Assembly (NCBI GenBank): GCA_965223325.1
Contig: CBDCWI010000002.1
Span: 3,296,001 to 3,360,000 of the forward strand
Origin: Candidatus Multivoradales bacterium
GTDB taxonomy: Bacteria; Acidobacteriota; Thermoanaerobaculia; Multivoradales; Multivoraceae
DNA: 64,000 bases
Direction: 5' to 3'
The notes beneath the pieces were generated by a model, which searched no databases, had not been told where the DNA came from, and was given only the letters and a program-made list of their open reading frames with translations. Positions within the stretch are counted from its first letter, which is position 1; each line of letters opens with the position of its first letter. Shown here piece by piece: positions 18,998-28,973 of the stretch. The translations under genes were made by a program, and so were the position numbers.

Positions 18998-20352
18998 GAG
19001 CCCCCCTCCTGGCCTGGAAGCCGGGCGGACCAGTAGCTGAAGCCCCAACGATTCATCGCCGCATCCTGGATCGGGGCTGCGACCGCCAGGTCGCCATCCG
19101 CCAGGAAGGCGACCGGCAGGTACTCGCCGCCGGTCGTCGGCAAACGTTCTCCTTCGGTGGCTCCTCCAGATGGTTCGTTCCAGGCGTCGATGGGAAACGA
19201 CTCACTGGCATAGACCTCGAGCTCCAGGATGGCAGGCCCGACCACGAGGTGGGCCACTCGCGCTCTGAGATCGGTCGAAGAGTACTGCTCGAACCAACTG
19301 GCTGCGAGTTCTCCGTCACCGCGAGCGACCAGGTAAGGGAAGAACGCGAGGCCGGAGACGTCACGGACCGTAGCCGTCTCCCAACGCACACCGCGGTCTC
19401 GCGAGCGCGCGAGCATCACACGACCGCCGTCCTCTGCAGCCTCGGTGTAGAGCAGAAAGAGGGTGCCCTCACGGTCCCAGGCAACTGGCTCCACCCAGCG
19501 CGGCACCTTGCTTGGATCGCGAAAGGTCGGATCCCAGTCACGCACGCCGGGAACCGGCCGCAGAGTCCAGGACTCACCCCCGTCGAGACTCACCCCCAGG
19601 TGCTCGACGCCCGCGGTGAAACGGTTCCCCGAAGCGGCCAACGGAGTGATGCGCACGGCAATCTCACCAGCCGGCCCAACGGCCAGGTGACTCGAGCCGC
19701 CCTGATCATGAATCCGGGCCTGTTCCTGCCAACTCGCTCCTTCGTCGCGCGAGAGAGCGTGCGCGACCCCGGCCCCGTCGTTCCAGACCACGTGCGCAGT
19801 GCCATCGGGAGCGACCTCGACCCACGGACGGTCGTCGAGGCGGGTTTCCGAGAGGCGCGACCACGACCACGTCAGGCCGACGTCGCGGCTGGTACCGATC
19901 GCAATGTGTGTACCCTCGCCGGTCTCGCGGTCAAAACCCATGACGACGAAGTACAAGGTGCCCTTCTCGGAGACCGCAAGGTCGACGTCAGAGTTGCCGG
20001 CCGCGTCGACTGACGAGCCCACGTCGACACGGTTCCACGACAGGCCACGATCGGTGCTCTTCCACAGTTGCGGCTTGGCATTGGGGTCTCGACCGCTGAC
20101 CTGGGAAGGGTAGCCGCTGAGAAACAACGTGCCCGAGGGATGTTCGGCGAGCATCGGCTCACGCGCCAGCGCTTCGAGATGATGAACCGGCGCCGACAGC
20201 TCGAGGACGGAGCCAGCAGCTGTAGCCTCAGAGCGCACGATCTCAGGCGCGTCCCCTCCGGCTCGGCAACCCGCAAGACAGATGGCGAATACCGCCAGGC
20301 CCCACACGTGTCTCCTCGTCACCGCGAAGGCCGTCCGACCACCGGCGTTCAC
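18994..20352 (-). CDS. BNR/Asp-box sialidase-like lipoprotein
   Basis: LAGC lipobox; five Asp boxes (STDRGLSW, SRDVGLTW, SRDEGASW, SLDGGESW, SRDRGVRW). Confidence 0.75.
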   Translation of the reverse strand: MNAGGRTAFAVTRRHVWGLAVFAICLAGCRAGGDAPEIVRSEATAAGSVLELSAPVHHLEALAREPMLAEHPSGTLFLSGYPSQVSGRDPNAKPQLWKSTDRGLSWNRVDVGSSVDAAGNSDVDLAVSEKGTLYFVVMGFDRETGEGTHIAIGTSRDVGLTWSWSRLSETRLDDRPWVEVAPDGTAHVVWNDGAGVAHALSRDEGASWQEQARIHDQGGSSHLAVGPAGEIAVRITPLAASGNRFTAGVEHLGVSLDGGESWTLRPVPGVRDWDPTFRDPSKVPRWVEPVAWDREGTLFLLYTEAAEDGGRVMLARSRDRGVRWETATVRDVSGLAFFPYLVARGDGELAASWFEQYSSTDLRARVAHLVVGPAILELEVYASESFPIDAWNEPSGGATEGERLPTTGGEYLPVAFLADGDLAVAAPIQDAAMNRWGFSYWSARLPGQEGGS

Positions 20353-20354
20353 CC

Positions 20355-20726
20355 TCAGACGTGCTGGTCGATCAAGATGGGGTTGCCGTCCGGGTCGATG
20401 GCCATGAAGCTGGCCGGGCCCGAGCCTCCTTCGTCGGCCTCCATGACCAGTTCGACGCCGGCCGCCTTGACCTGCCGCTGCAGCTCACGTACGTCGGTGA
20501 ACTCCGCAAGCTTCTCCGCTGACTTGTCCCAGCCCGGATTGAAGGTCAAGGTGTTCTTCTCGAACATGCCCTGGAAGAGCCCAATGGTGTGGTCGGCGTT
20601 TCTGAGAATCAGCCAGTTCTGTGAGGCGTCGCCACCCGCGACCTCGAAACCGAACTTCTCGTAGAAGGCCTTCGAGGCTTCGATGTCCTTGACCGCCAGA
20701 CTGATCGAGAATGCTCCAAGCTGCAT
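20355..20726 (-). CDS. VOC/glyoxalase family protein
   Basis: [27 protein letters not shown]...[13 protein letters not shown]. Confidence 0.88.
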   Translation of the reverse strand: MQLGAFSISLAVKDIEASKAFYEKFGFEVAGGDASQNWLILRNADHTIGLFQGMFEKNTLTFNPGWDKSAEKLAEFTDVRELQRQVKAAGVELVMEADEGGSGPASFMAIDPDGNPILIDQHV

Positions 20727-20841
20727 CGTCGTCGTACTCCCTGGTCGTTTCAAGGAGCATTTCATCACGACGCACCGACCTGCGACGACGCTTCACCACC
20801 TGGGCGCCGCTCAGATGTGACCCCAGAAGTCGTGCCCCTCC

Positions 20842-23800
20842 CTACTGGTCGAGGTAGGCCTCGAGGCCGAACGCGCGATAGCGCAAGAGCTCTTCGAGTT
20901 GTCGAGCGGCTTCGCCCGCCCGAGCGTCTCCTGTCCGTCGGTAGGCCAGAGCGCGCCGTTGGAGGACCGACACTTCCCAGGGAACCCACGGCTCGACGGT
21001 GGCGAGCGCCTCTACGTAGCGCTCGTCCGAGAGGCCCGTCGCCAAGCGTAGTCGCAGCTTGACCCGCTCCTCACGCGCACGCTCGACCGAGAACGGTAGT
21101 GACAAGAGCCTCTCGAGCTCGTCCTGCATCGAAGGTTCGGCCGCCGCCAGCGCTTCGATGGTTCGAAACATTCGCCGCTCGATGCGCTCTTCACCCCAAG
21201 GGTCCTCGCGTCTGATGGCGACCGCCTGGCGCAGCGCACCCAGCGCCTCGACGTGCTGGCCACGACGTAGGTTCCACTGAGCGCGCAGGGTCGCCGCATC
21301 GACCGGGTGCAGACCCTCGTGGTAGGTCAATGCATCGTCGCGACCCAGGTCTGCCGTGATGGCTGCCAGGCCGAGTTGCTCTTCGCGCGTCGCGACCTGC
21401 CATCCGAAGGACTCCCACACCTCCAGGGCGGCTTGGTTGTGGCCGAAACGCCACTGGCGGTGGAACTCTCCGAGCTCTTCGAGTGTTGATCTCGGAAACG
21501 TCACACCTTCTTGTTCGTCGCTGGCTGGCGTGTACTCCGGGATGCTGGCGATGCCGAATGCCGCCACCCGCTCTCGTGCGACCAGGTTCCAGTTCACCCG
21601 CCCGTCGAGCTCCGGCCGCCCCGCACCAACCAGGACGGCGCTCCGGTGCAGTGAACTCACCTCGAACAATCCAGCGCTACCGAGAGTGCGTGCGAAACGA
21701 TACTCGAGCATGTTGCGGTCATCTGTGTTGATCGGCAACTGCATACGGTCGCCAACCTGGCCAGTCAGCGCCGGTGCCGCTTCGAAATGCGCCAGCAGGG
21801 CCTCGAGTCCCGCCGCCGAGAAGCCGTTGCGCATTGCAGCCGGCCAGGGCTCCGTTGCCAGGACCCTGCGCATCCTGTCGACGTCGTGCGCGATCGGCTC
21901 GCGTGACGCCAGCAAGACCAGGTCTTGTCGCATCGTGCGCCACATCTCGACCTCCGGGAAGACGGTCGCCACGGTTCGAATCGCGGTCGCGACCGTCGAG
22001 GTGTCGACCTCGTAGGCGGGCAGCCACTGGGCGAAGATGCCGCCCGGCTCCAGACGGTGGGCAGCCGCCTCATAGAACTCGACGGTGAACAGGCTGGCGA
22101 TCCCGGCACGGTAGGGATTCGACGGCTCGGAAACGACGACGTCGTAGAGCGCATCGCTGGTCAAAAGCGCTTCTCGCCCGTCACCGAAACGGAGGTTCAC
22201 CTTGGGGTTGTCGAGAACGTTCTGGTTGACCGGAGCACACATCTCGGCGACTGTCCGGATCTTCGGTTCGAGCTCGATCACGTCCACACTCTCGACCTCC
22301 GGTACCGCGGCGATCCAGCCGGCTGTGCTGCCGGTACCGAGGCCGATCACCGCGACCTCGGCCGGTTCGGGGTGCAGCAACACGGCCATGAGGCCCAACA
22401 TGATCTGGGTCGGAGCGTCGACAATCGAATTGCCGTCGACTTTGCCGCCAACGAGGAAGGAGTAGGCGTTGTAGCTCTCGACGCCGACGCTGGTCTCGAC
22501 CCCGTCGGCTTCCCAGATCAGCGTGCGTCGCTCCTCATGCAAGAACCTTCTCGCGGCGTTCGGATCTTCACCGTCGATGGAGCCACGCCCAGCGCCGATC
22601 TCAGCGTGTCGCCACACCGCGGTCGGTCCGAGACCACCGAGCGCAAGCGTCGCCAGGGACGCGGCGCCGAGTGCGGTCGCCGTCGCCGCCTTGCGGGTCG
22701 CCAGAACGTTCCGCAGGCCTTCCTGCCCGGGGCCAGAACGACCCACCTCGATCATGAGAGCCAGGAGAGCGAGTACGACGCAGAATGCCACCGAGATCTT
22801 CCACGACACGATGGCACCAAACTGCGGCAAGAACCAGAAGCCGCCAGCGAGCGACCCCACGATCGCGCCGGCCGTATTCCACGCGTAGGCCAGACCGACC
22901 TGGCGCCCGACGTCGTCGCGACCACGTCCCAGAAGCGAGATCAGGAGGGGGAACTGGTACCCCGCCACCACAGCTGCCGGCAGGATCACGGCCGCGGCGA
23001 TCAGACTCCAGCCCGTCACCAGGCCGCCGAAGCCCAGGACCTGTAGTTGCCGAAGCTGCATGGCAGCCACCGCCAGGCGATCGCCCAGGGCAAACGCCGA
23101 CGCCAGGAAGGCGCCCTCGAGCGCACAGGTCACCGCAAAGGCAGCGAGACTGGCCGAAGAGATGCCGTCCCTCTGGCTGACGGCGTAAAAGGCCGCACCC
23201 AGACCGATTCCAAGAAGCGCAACCGCGAGAATCAGCCCGAAGGTAAACGTCGTTCCACCGAGGATCGGCACCAGCATCCGGAACCAAACCATCTCCATCA
23301 GGAAGAAGACGAAGCCCACCGCACAAGCCGCCGCATAGACGAAGGCCGACGGCGCCTGGCGCGCCCCCTCGGCGGCAACCGGCGCCAGCAAGGTTTCTGC
23401 CTGGAACTCGGGGTCGGGTCCGCGCCATGTATCCAGGCGCAGAGCGAAAACCGCCAGGACCAGGTTTGCCACCACTCCCAGGAGAACGCTCTCGGTGTTA
23501 CCGAACGTCTCGAGTAACCAGAAGCTCGCCAGCATCGCACCGGTTACCGCTCCTAGCGTGTTGAGCCCGTAGATCCACGCCACCCGACTGCGGCGCTCGT
23601 CCGACGGGCGTTCAACGGCTCGCGCGAGCGCCGGCAAGGTCCCTCCCATCATCGCAGTGATCGGCCCGAGGACTAGAGCGGTGAGGAACAGGCGGAGCAG
23701 GTTGGCAAGCGGTCCGCCGAGGGCGTTCTGCCCTCCCGAAGCCAGGTAGAGAGCCCGCGCTGCGTCGAGCAGGAAGGGGGAGAGAAAGGCCAGAACCGCA

Positions 23801-24210
23801 ATCGCCAACTCGAGACGCCCGTAGAGACGCAGGGACCGGTGACTTCGATCGGCGCGCGCTCCCCACCACCAGCCCCCCACACCGAGGCCGGCCATGAAGG
23901 CGGCAGTGGCAGCGGAGTTGGCGGCCGTTGACAGCCCGAAGATCAGGCGCAGCTCGCGGAACCAAGCCACCTGGTAGACCAGCGCACACGCTCCTGAGAC
24001 GAACACCAGCACCATGAGGAGCGGCAACGAGCGTTCATGGCGCTGGGAGGACGCTGGATCGGCATTGGTGGGAAGCGTGGGCACGTCGCCAGGCGGAAAG
24101 GTTTCCCTGGACTCGGAACGCTCGAAGGGCATTGGCCTGGCACGGCCTGACATGGGGGTGGCTTTCATTCTGGGAAACAGGGAGGAGGAAGGCGCGGAGG
24201 GCGGAGGCAA
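20842..24210 (-). CDS. Fused MFS / spermidine synthase-like methyltransferase membrane protein
   Basis: FVSGACALVYQVAW TM repeats; IGLGTGSTAG SAM motif, DGRE, SEPSNP; start may be ~24153. Confidence 0.85.
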   Translation of the reverse strand: MPPPSAPSSSLFPRMKATPMSGRARPMPFERSESRETFPPGDVPTLPTNADPASSQRHERSLPLLMVLVFVSGACALVYQVAWFRELRLIFGLSTAANSAATAAFMAGLGVGGWWWGARADRSHRSLRLYGRLELAIAVLAFLSPFLLDAARALYLASGGQNALGGPLANLLRLFLTALVLGPITAMMGGTLPALARAVERPSDERRSRVAWIYGLNTLGAVTGAMLASFWLLETFGNTESVLLGVVANLVLAVFALRLDTWRGPDPEFQAETLLAPVAAEGARQAPSAFVYAAACAVGFVFFLMEMVWFRMLVPILGGTTFTFGLILAVALLGIGLGAAFYAVSQRDGISSASLAAFAVTCALEGAFLASAFALGDRLAVAAMQLRQLQVLGFGGLVTGWSLIAAAVILPAAVVAGYQFPLLISLLGRGRDDVGRQVGLAYAWNTAGAIVGSLAGGFWFLPQFGAIVSWKISVAFCVVLALLALMIEVGRSGPGQEGLRNVLATRKAATATALGAASLATLALGGLGPTAVWRHAEIGAGRGSIDGEDPNAARRFLHEERRTLIWEADGVETSVGVESYNAYSFLVGGKVDGNSIVDAPTQIMLGLMAVLLHPEPAEVAVIGLGTGSTAGWIAAVPEVESVDVIELEPKIRTVAEMCAPVNQNVLDNPKVNLRFGDGREALLTSDALYDVVVSEPSNPYRAGIASLFTVEFYEAAAHRLEPGGIFAQWLPAYEVDTSTVATAIRTVATVFPEVEMWRTMRQDLVLLASREPIAHDVDRMRRVLATEPWPAAMRNGFSAAGLEALLAHFEAAPALTGQVGDRMQLPINTDDRNMLEYRFARTLGSAGLFEVSSLHRSAVLVGAGRPELDGRVNWNLVARERVAAFGIASIPEYTPASDEQEGVTFPRSTLEELGEFHRQWRFGHNQAALEVWESFGWQVATREEQLGLAAITADLGRDDALTYHEGLHPVDAATLRAQWNLRRGQHVEALGALRQAVAIRREDPWGEERIERRMFRTIEALAAAEPSMQDELERLLSLPFSVERAREERVKLRLRLATGLSDERYVEALATVEPWVPWEVSVLQRRALAYRRTGDARAGEAARQLEELLRYRAFGLEAYLDQ

Positions 24211-24483
24211 CGCGGAGCCGATCCTAGTTTAAACGCGAAAACTTTCAAAACGAGCCGCTACTCCACCGGCTCCTGTAGCGTTTCATCCGGTGAGGGGAGC
24301 ACTTCCTCCCTGGCCATGCACGCGCCGCTCGACATGCTGCTGCTTTGGCCTGCCCCGAGGGCACGCCATCGGTCCACGTCGGGCCGGGAGCCGGGTCAGC
24401 GCAAGCAGCCATCCCGGCGTCGCGAGATCTCTCAACGCATCAGGGGTCGGCTCACCAGCCTCGGTCCAGCAGGCGGTCGGCGA

Positions 24484-26889
24484 TCAACACACCTCGAGGT
24501 TGGCATAGCCCGCAACCAGCTTCTTCTTTCCTCCGGACTTGAAGAAGACGGTCAAGCGGGCGTTGTCACCAGAGCCTTCCATGTCGAGCACCACCCCATC
24601 TCCGAGCGTCGCATGCCGCACTTTGCAGCCCTTGCGGAGCTCGCCGCGCATCGGGTCGTCGACGGCTGGTCGGCGATCCTTTCTTCCGAAGAACGAATAG
24701 ACGCCGTCGGTGCGGTGATTGCGGAACAGCTCGGGACTCTCGTGTTGTTCCAGGAGCTCCTCGGGGATCTCGCTCAGGAAGGGCGAGTCGAGTTGGTCCT
24801 GGTAGCGCCCGGCGACTCGCCGGCGCCGACAGGCGGTCAGCATCAGTCGCTCGCGCGCCCGCGTCATCCCGACATAGAGCAGGCGACGCTCTTCTTCGAT
24901 GTCGTCGGCAGAGTCCTGGGAGTTCCAATGCGGCAGGAGACCCTCTTCGAGACCGGCAACGATCACGACCGGAAACTCGAGCCCCTTGGCACTGTGGAGC
25001 GTCATCACGGAAACGCCGACTTCGGTGTCGAGACCATCCGTATCGCTCACCAACGACACGTAGTCGAGGAACCCGGTGAGCGGGTCGGTCTCGACAGGCA
25101 CCTCGAGAGAACCCACGTCGTCGAGCAAATCGGGTCCAGTTTCGCTCCTGGTCGGTGCCACGTTTGCAGTGCTCTCGGCACCTGGCGCCGACAAGATGAG
25201 ACGGCGCTGTGCGGCATCGACGGCGGGAGGTCCTGTCCCCGCGTCGTCGGCTTCGCAACCTTCGCCTTCAGCAGTCCCTGGGTCTTTGGTTGGTAGCTGG
25301 AGCGCCGGCTTGCCGGAGTGGCCAAAATCGTCGACGAAGTCAGATGCGGCGGAAAGCAACTCGCGAAGGTTTTCGACTCGCGCCGCTGCTTCCGGGTCGG
25401 CTTCGTTGAACTGCGAGAGGTATCCGGTGCGTTCGAGAACGGTCTCGAGAAGGTCGGGCAAGGGCAACTGCAGGCCGACCAGGCGCAGCTCCTCGATGAG
25501 CACGCGAAAGGCGCGCAGAGCACGGGTGCCGCGAGCACCGATGCCACCGAAGCGCTCGAGTCTGAGCGCGTCCCAGATCGACTGGCCAAGATCGTCGGCT
25601 TCGCGAAAGAGCGTCTCCTGGGTTGCCTTTCCGATCCCTCGCGTCGGGCGGTTGAGGATCCGGCGCAGGGCGGCGTTCTCCTGCGGGTTGCGCAAGACTC
25701 GCAGATAGGCAATGAGGTCCTTGACCTCGGCCCGCTCATAGAACCGCGTCCCCGCGATCAAGCAGTACGGAATCTGGCGGCGGATCAGCTCTTCTTCGAG
25801 AGACCGTGTCTGGGCATTGGTTCGGACCAGGATCGCCATGTCGCGGAAGCGGAACGTGCGGTGGAATTGCTCGAGGCTGTTGGCGATGTAGCGCGCTTCG
25901 TCGCCCTCGTCTGCGGCCCGGTAGAGATCGATCTTTTCGCCCGGGTCGCCGTCCGTCCAGAGCTTCTTGCCACGCCGCCGCTGGTTGTGGGCGACCAGCT
26001 CACTGGAACCGTCGAGAATGGTCTGCGTTGAGCGATAGTTCTGCTCGAGCTTGCGCACGATGGCACCCGGGAAGCTCTTTTCGAAGTCGAGAATGTTGTC
26101 GATTTCGGCCCCACGCCAGCGGTAGATGCTTTGATCTTCATCGCCTACGGCCGTGAGGTTGCCCTCCGACCCGCTGAGGGCATGAATGAGTGCCAGCTGG
26201 GCGTGGTTGGTGTCCTGGAACTCATCGACCATCAGAAAGCGCAGTCGACGGCGCATGCGCTGCCCGAGATCCTCCTCGTCCTCGAGTAAACGAACGGCGC
26301 CCGAGATCAGGTCGTCGAAGTCCACCCCGCGCTCTTTGCGCAACAGACCGCTGTAGCGCCGATAGACGGAGGCGATACGAGTCTCCAGAAAGCCGTCGGC
26401 TTCGGCTTCGAATTCCGAAGGCGTGAGCAGCTTGTTCTTGGCACTGCTGATCCTGGCGAGAACCATACGAGGAGGAAACGCCGTCTCAGACAGGTTCTCG
26501 GCCTTCAGGGCACGCTTGATCAGGTCGCGTTGATCGGCGGTGTCGAGGATCGTGAAGTCGCGCGGCAGGCCGATCCGTTCACCGTAGCGTCGCAGCAGCC
26601 GGAGCGCAAAGCGATGGAAGGTGCCGACAAAGAGCCCGTCGGCCGAGCCGCTCAAGTAGGCAACGCGTTCCTCCATCTCGCGCGCCGCCTTGTTGGTGAA
26701 GGTGACCGCGGCCACCCGCCAGGGCTCGACCTGCTGCTCGCGCACCAACCACGCCATGCGATAGGTAATGACCCTCGTCTTGCCTGAGCCGGCGCCGGCT
26801 AGGACGAGTTGTGGACCGTCACCATGAGTGACGGCGGCGACCTGGTCGGGATTCAGGGCGCTCTCGAGATCCAGAGGGGGCGCGGACAC
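24484..26889 (-). CDS. uvrD: ATP-dependent DNA helicase UvrD/PcrA
   Basis: AGAGSGKT, DEFQDTN, GDEDQSIY, NYRST, TLHSAKGLEF, EEERRLLYVGMTRA, C-terminal Tudor-like domain. Confidence 0.95.
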   Translation of the reverse strand: MSAPPLDLESALNPDQVAAVTHGDGPQLVLAGAGSGKTRVITYRMAWLVREQQVEPWRVAAVTFTNKAAREMEERVAYLSGSADGLFVGTFHRFALRLLRRYGERIGLPRDFTILDTADQRDLIKRALKAENLSETAFPPRMVLARISSAKNKLLTPSEFEAEADGFLETRIASVYRRYSGLLRKERGVDFDDLISGAVRLLEDEEDLGQRMRRRLRFLMVDEFQDTNHAQLALIHALSGSEGNLTAVGDEDQSIYRWRGAEIDNILDFEKSFPGAIVRKLEQNYRSTQTILDGSSELVAHNQRRRGKKLWTDGDPGEKIDLYRAADEGDEARYIANSLEQFHRTFRFRDMAILVRTNAQTRSLEEELIRRQIPYCLIAGTRFYERAEVKDLIAYLRVLRNPQENAALRRILNRPTRGIGKATQETLFREADDLGQSIWDALRLERFGGIGARGTRALRAFRVLIEELRLVGLQLPLPDLLETVLERTGYLSQFNEADPEAAARVENLRELLSAASDFVDDFGHSGKPALQLPTKDPGTAEGEGCEADDAGTGPPAVDAAQRRLILSAPGAESTANVAPTRSETGPDLLDDVGSLEVPVETDPLTGFLDYVSLVSDTDGLDTEVGVSVMTLHSAKGLEFPVVIVAGLEEGLLPHWNSQDSADDIEEERRLLYVGMTRARERLMLTACRRRRVAGRYQDQLDSPFLSEIPEELLEQHESPELFRNHRTDGVYSFFGRKDRRPAVDDPMRGELRKGCKVRHATLGDGVVLDMEGSGDNARLTVFFKSGGKKKLVAGYANLEVC

Positions 26890-26901
26890 GGCCGCGGCAG
26901 T

Positions 26902-27732
26902 TTATACCTCGCGACCGAGGCGGCGCTTGGCGCGCGCCGAGTCTCCACGCCATCCGCCGGTCTTGAGAAGCCGATAGATGAAGGAAGGGTTGTTGATCAG
27001 ATAGCGCGGGCCGAGACGGCGTGGTTCGGTGATCATTCGAAACAGCCACTCGAGTCCACAGCGTTGCATCCAACGCGGTGACTGCTTCTTCAGGCCAGCG
27101 TGAAAGTCGAACGCCGCACCGACACCGATCTGCACGGGCGCTCCGACCTTGGCGGTGTGCTCCGCCATCCAGCGCTCCTGCTTTGGCGTCGAAAGCCCGA
27201 CCCACACGATGTCGGCTCCGCTTTCGTCAATCCGTCGGATGACATCGGCGTCTTCTTCAGGGGTCAGCGGCCGGAAGGGTGGGCAGTAGGTCCCGGCAAC
27301 CTCGAGGCCAGGAAAGCGCTCACCGAGACGCTCGGCGAGCAGGTCTGCGACCCCTTCGGCGCCGCCGTAGAAGAAGTGACGCCAGCCGGTCTCGAGGGAT
27401 CGTTGACAGACCTCCAGCATCAGGTCGGGGCCATAGACTCGTTCGACATGACTGTGGCCTTGTTTGCGTGACAGCCACACCAGGGGCATGCCGTCAGGGG
27501 TGACCATGCCGGCACGGTTGTGGATCGACATCAACTTCGAGTCCTTCTGACTCTCCATGACGCCGTGCACACCCGTGACGCAGACGTAGTGATGCTCTTG
27601 GTTTTCGATCCACCCGGAAATCGTGTCCAATGCCATCGACATGTCGACGGCACTCACCCGCAGGCCGAGGACTAGGGCGGTCGGGTGCTTGCGCCACGTG
27701 AACGGCGGCGGGGTGCATTCGGCGAGTGCCAC
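26902..27732 (-). CDS. WecB/TagA/CpsF family glycosyltransferase
   Basis: PDGMP, RVYGPDL, VGLSTPKQE, GVGAAFDF, GLEWLFR..EPRRL..RY; start GTG 27732 just after epimerase. Confidence 0.9.
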   Translation of the reverse strand: MALAECTPPPFTWRKHPTALVLGLRVSAVDMSMALDTISGWIENQEHHYVCVTGVHGVMESQKDSKLMSIHNRAGMVTPDGMPLVWLSRKQGHSHVERVYGPDLMLEVCQRSLETGWRHFFYGGAEGVADLLAERLGERFPGLEVAGTYCPPFRPLTPEEDADVIRRIDESGADIVWVGLSTPKQERWMAEHTAKVGAPVQIGVGAAFDFHAGLKKQSPRWMQRCGLEWLFRMITEPRRLGPRYLINNPSFIYRLLKTGGWRGDSARAKRRLGREV

Positions 27733-27739
27733 GTCGACC

Positions 27740-28753
27740 TCAGCTGGCTTCCGCAAGGGCGGGCTCGCCCTTGCTCTTCTTGCTCTTCTGCTGGTTCTGC
27801 ACCTGCTCCTCGATCCACTCGTATGTGCGGCCGAGGCCGTCTTCGAGTGAGATCGAGGGCTCCCAGCCGAGCACCTCGCGCAGGCGGTCGTTGTTGCTGT
27901 TGCGACCTCGCACACCCTGCGGACCATCGATGTGCTTGCGCTCGACGGCAATGCCGGCGGCGTCGGCCACCATGTCGACCAGCTGGTTGATGCTGATCAG
28001 GCGGTCCTGGCCCAGGTTGAGCGGCTGGCCGTAGTCGGAATCCATCAACCGGACCAGACCTTCGACGCAGTCGTCGATGTAGCAGAAGGATCGCGTCTGC
28101 TCGCCATCACCCCAGATCTCGACCTCGTGCTTGCCGGTCAGCTTGGCAATCGCCACCTTGCGACACATGGCTGCCGGCGCTTTCTCGCGACCTCCCTCCC
28201 AGGTACCGAGCGGACCAAAGATGTTGTGGAAGCGCACCGTGCGCGTCTCGATCGGATATTCCTCGGCGTAGTGCATGCACAGGCGCTCGGTGACCAGCTT
28301 CTCCCAGCCGTAAGCGTCCTGCGGCTGCGCCGGGTAGGCGTCGTCTTCCGAGAGCGGCGTCACGTCTTCGGTTTCCTGGAGGTACTCCGGGTAGATGCAC
28401 GCCGAGGAGGTGTACAGGTAGCGCTTGACCCCGCTCGTGCGTGCGGCCTCGAGGGTGTTGGTACTGATCAGGATGTTGTTGTGGAGAATCTGCGAGTGGT
28501 GCTTGGAGATGAACCCCATGCCTCCCATATCGGCGGCGAGAGCGTAGACCTCGTCCATGTCGGCCGTCGCGGTGCGGCAGTTCTCGGGATCGCGAAGGTC
28601 GAGCAGCTGAAAATCATCGGCGTCGGTCTCGCCGAACTCGGGCAGCTTGATGTCAACGCCACGTACGTGGTGCCCGTCGTGCTTGAGACGGGTTACCAGA
28701 TGGTGGCCGATGAATCCGCCGGCTCCGGTGACGACAATGCGCTTCTTGGACAT
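27740..28753 (-). CDS. NAD-dependent epimerase, GDP-mannose 3,5-epimerase-like
   Basis: GAGGFIG, AADMGGMGFI, SSACIYP, YGWEK, GGREKAPAA, GPQGVRGRNS. Confidence 0.88.
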   Translation of the reverse strand: MSKKRIVVTGAGGFIGHHLVTRLKHDGHHVRGVDIKLPEFGETDADDFQLLDLRDPENCRTATADMDEVYALAADMGGMGFISKHHSQILHNNILISTNTLEAARTSGVKRYLYTSSACIYPEYLQETEDVTPLSEDDAYPAQPQDAYGWEKLVTERLCMHYAEEYPIETRTVRFHNIFGPLGTWEGGREKAPAAMCRKVAIAKLTGKHEVEIWGDGEQTRSFCYIDDCVEGLVRLMDSDYGQPLNLGQDRLISINQLVDMVADAAGIAVERKHIDGPQGVRGRNSNNDRLREVLGWEPSISLEDGLGRTYEWIEEQVQNQQKSKKSKGEPALAEAS

Positions 28754-28817
28754 AGATGGGAACTCCAGGGTGTAGAGGGGCACGGGTGAACATTCGCTCG
28801 TCGAACAGAAGAAAGGG

Positions 28818-28833
28818 TGCAAACCCGGTACCA
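28818..28833 (-). promoter_or_regulatory. Putative sigma-54 promoter for epimerase-tagA operon
   Basis: Minus strand TGGTAC-CGGGT-TTGCA. Confidence 0.7.
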
Positions 28834-28973
28834 CGAGATTTACAGCTTAATACCGGATTCTGACAAGGCTTTCGCTGTTTTTCAGTGCGCCGATCCGGCT
28901 CAGCCGTCGCGCTCCGATCACCGAACTGCCCCTGACGCAAGAGTGCGCAAGGAGTCTCCGGGGGTGCCGCCCT

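Noticed and set aside
28839-28844. TTTACA as a PEP-CTERM-type enhancer box
   Set aside because: Only ~5 bp from the -24 element and single; likely chance
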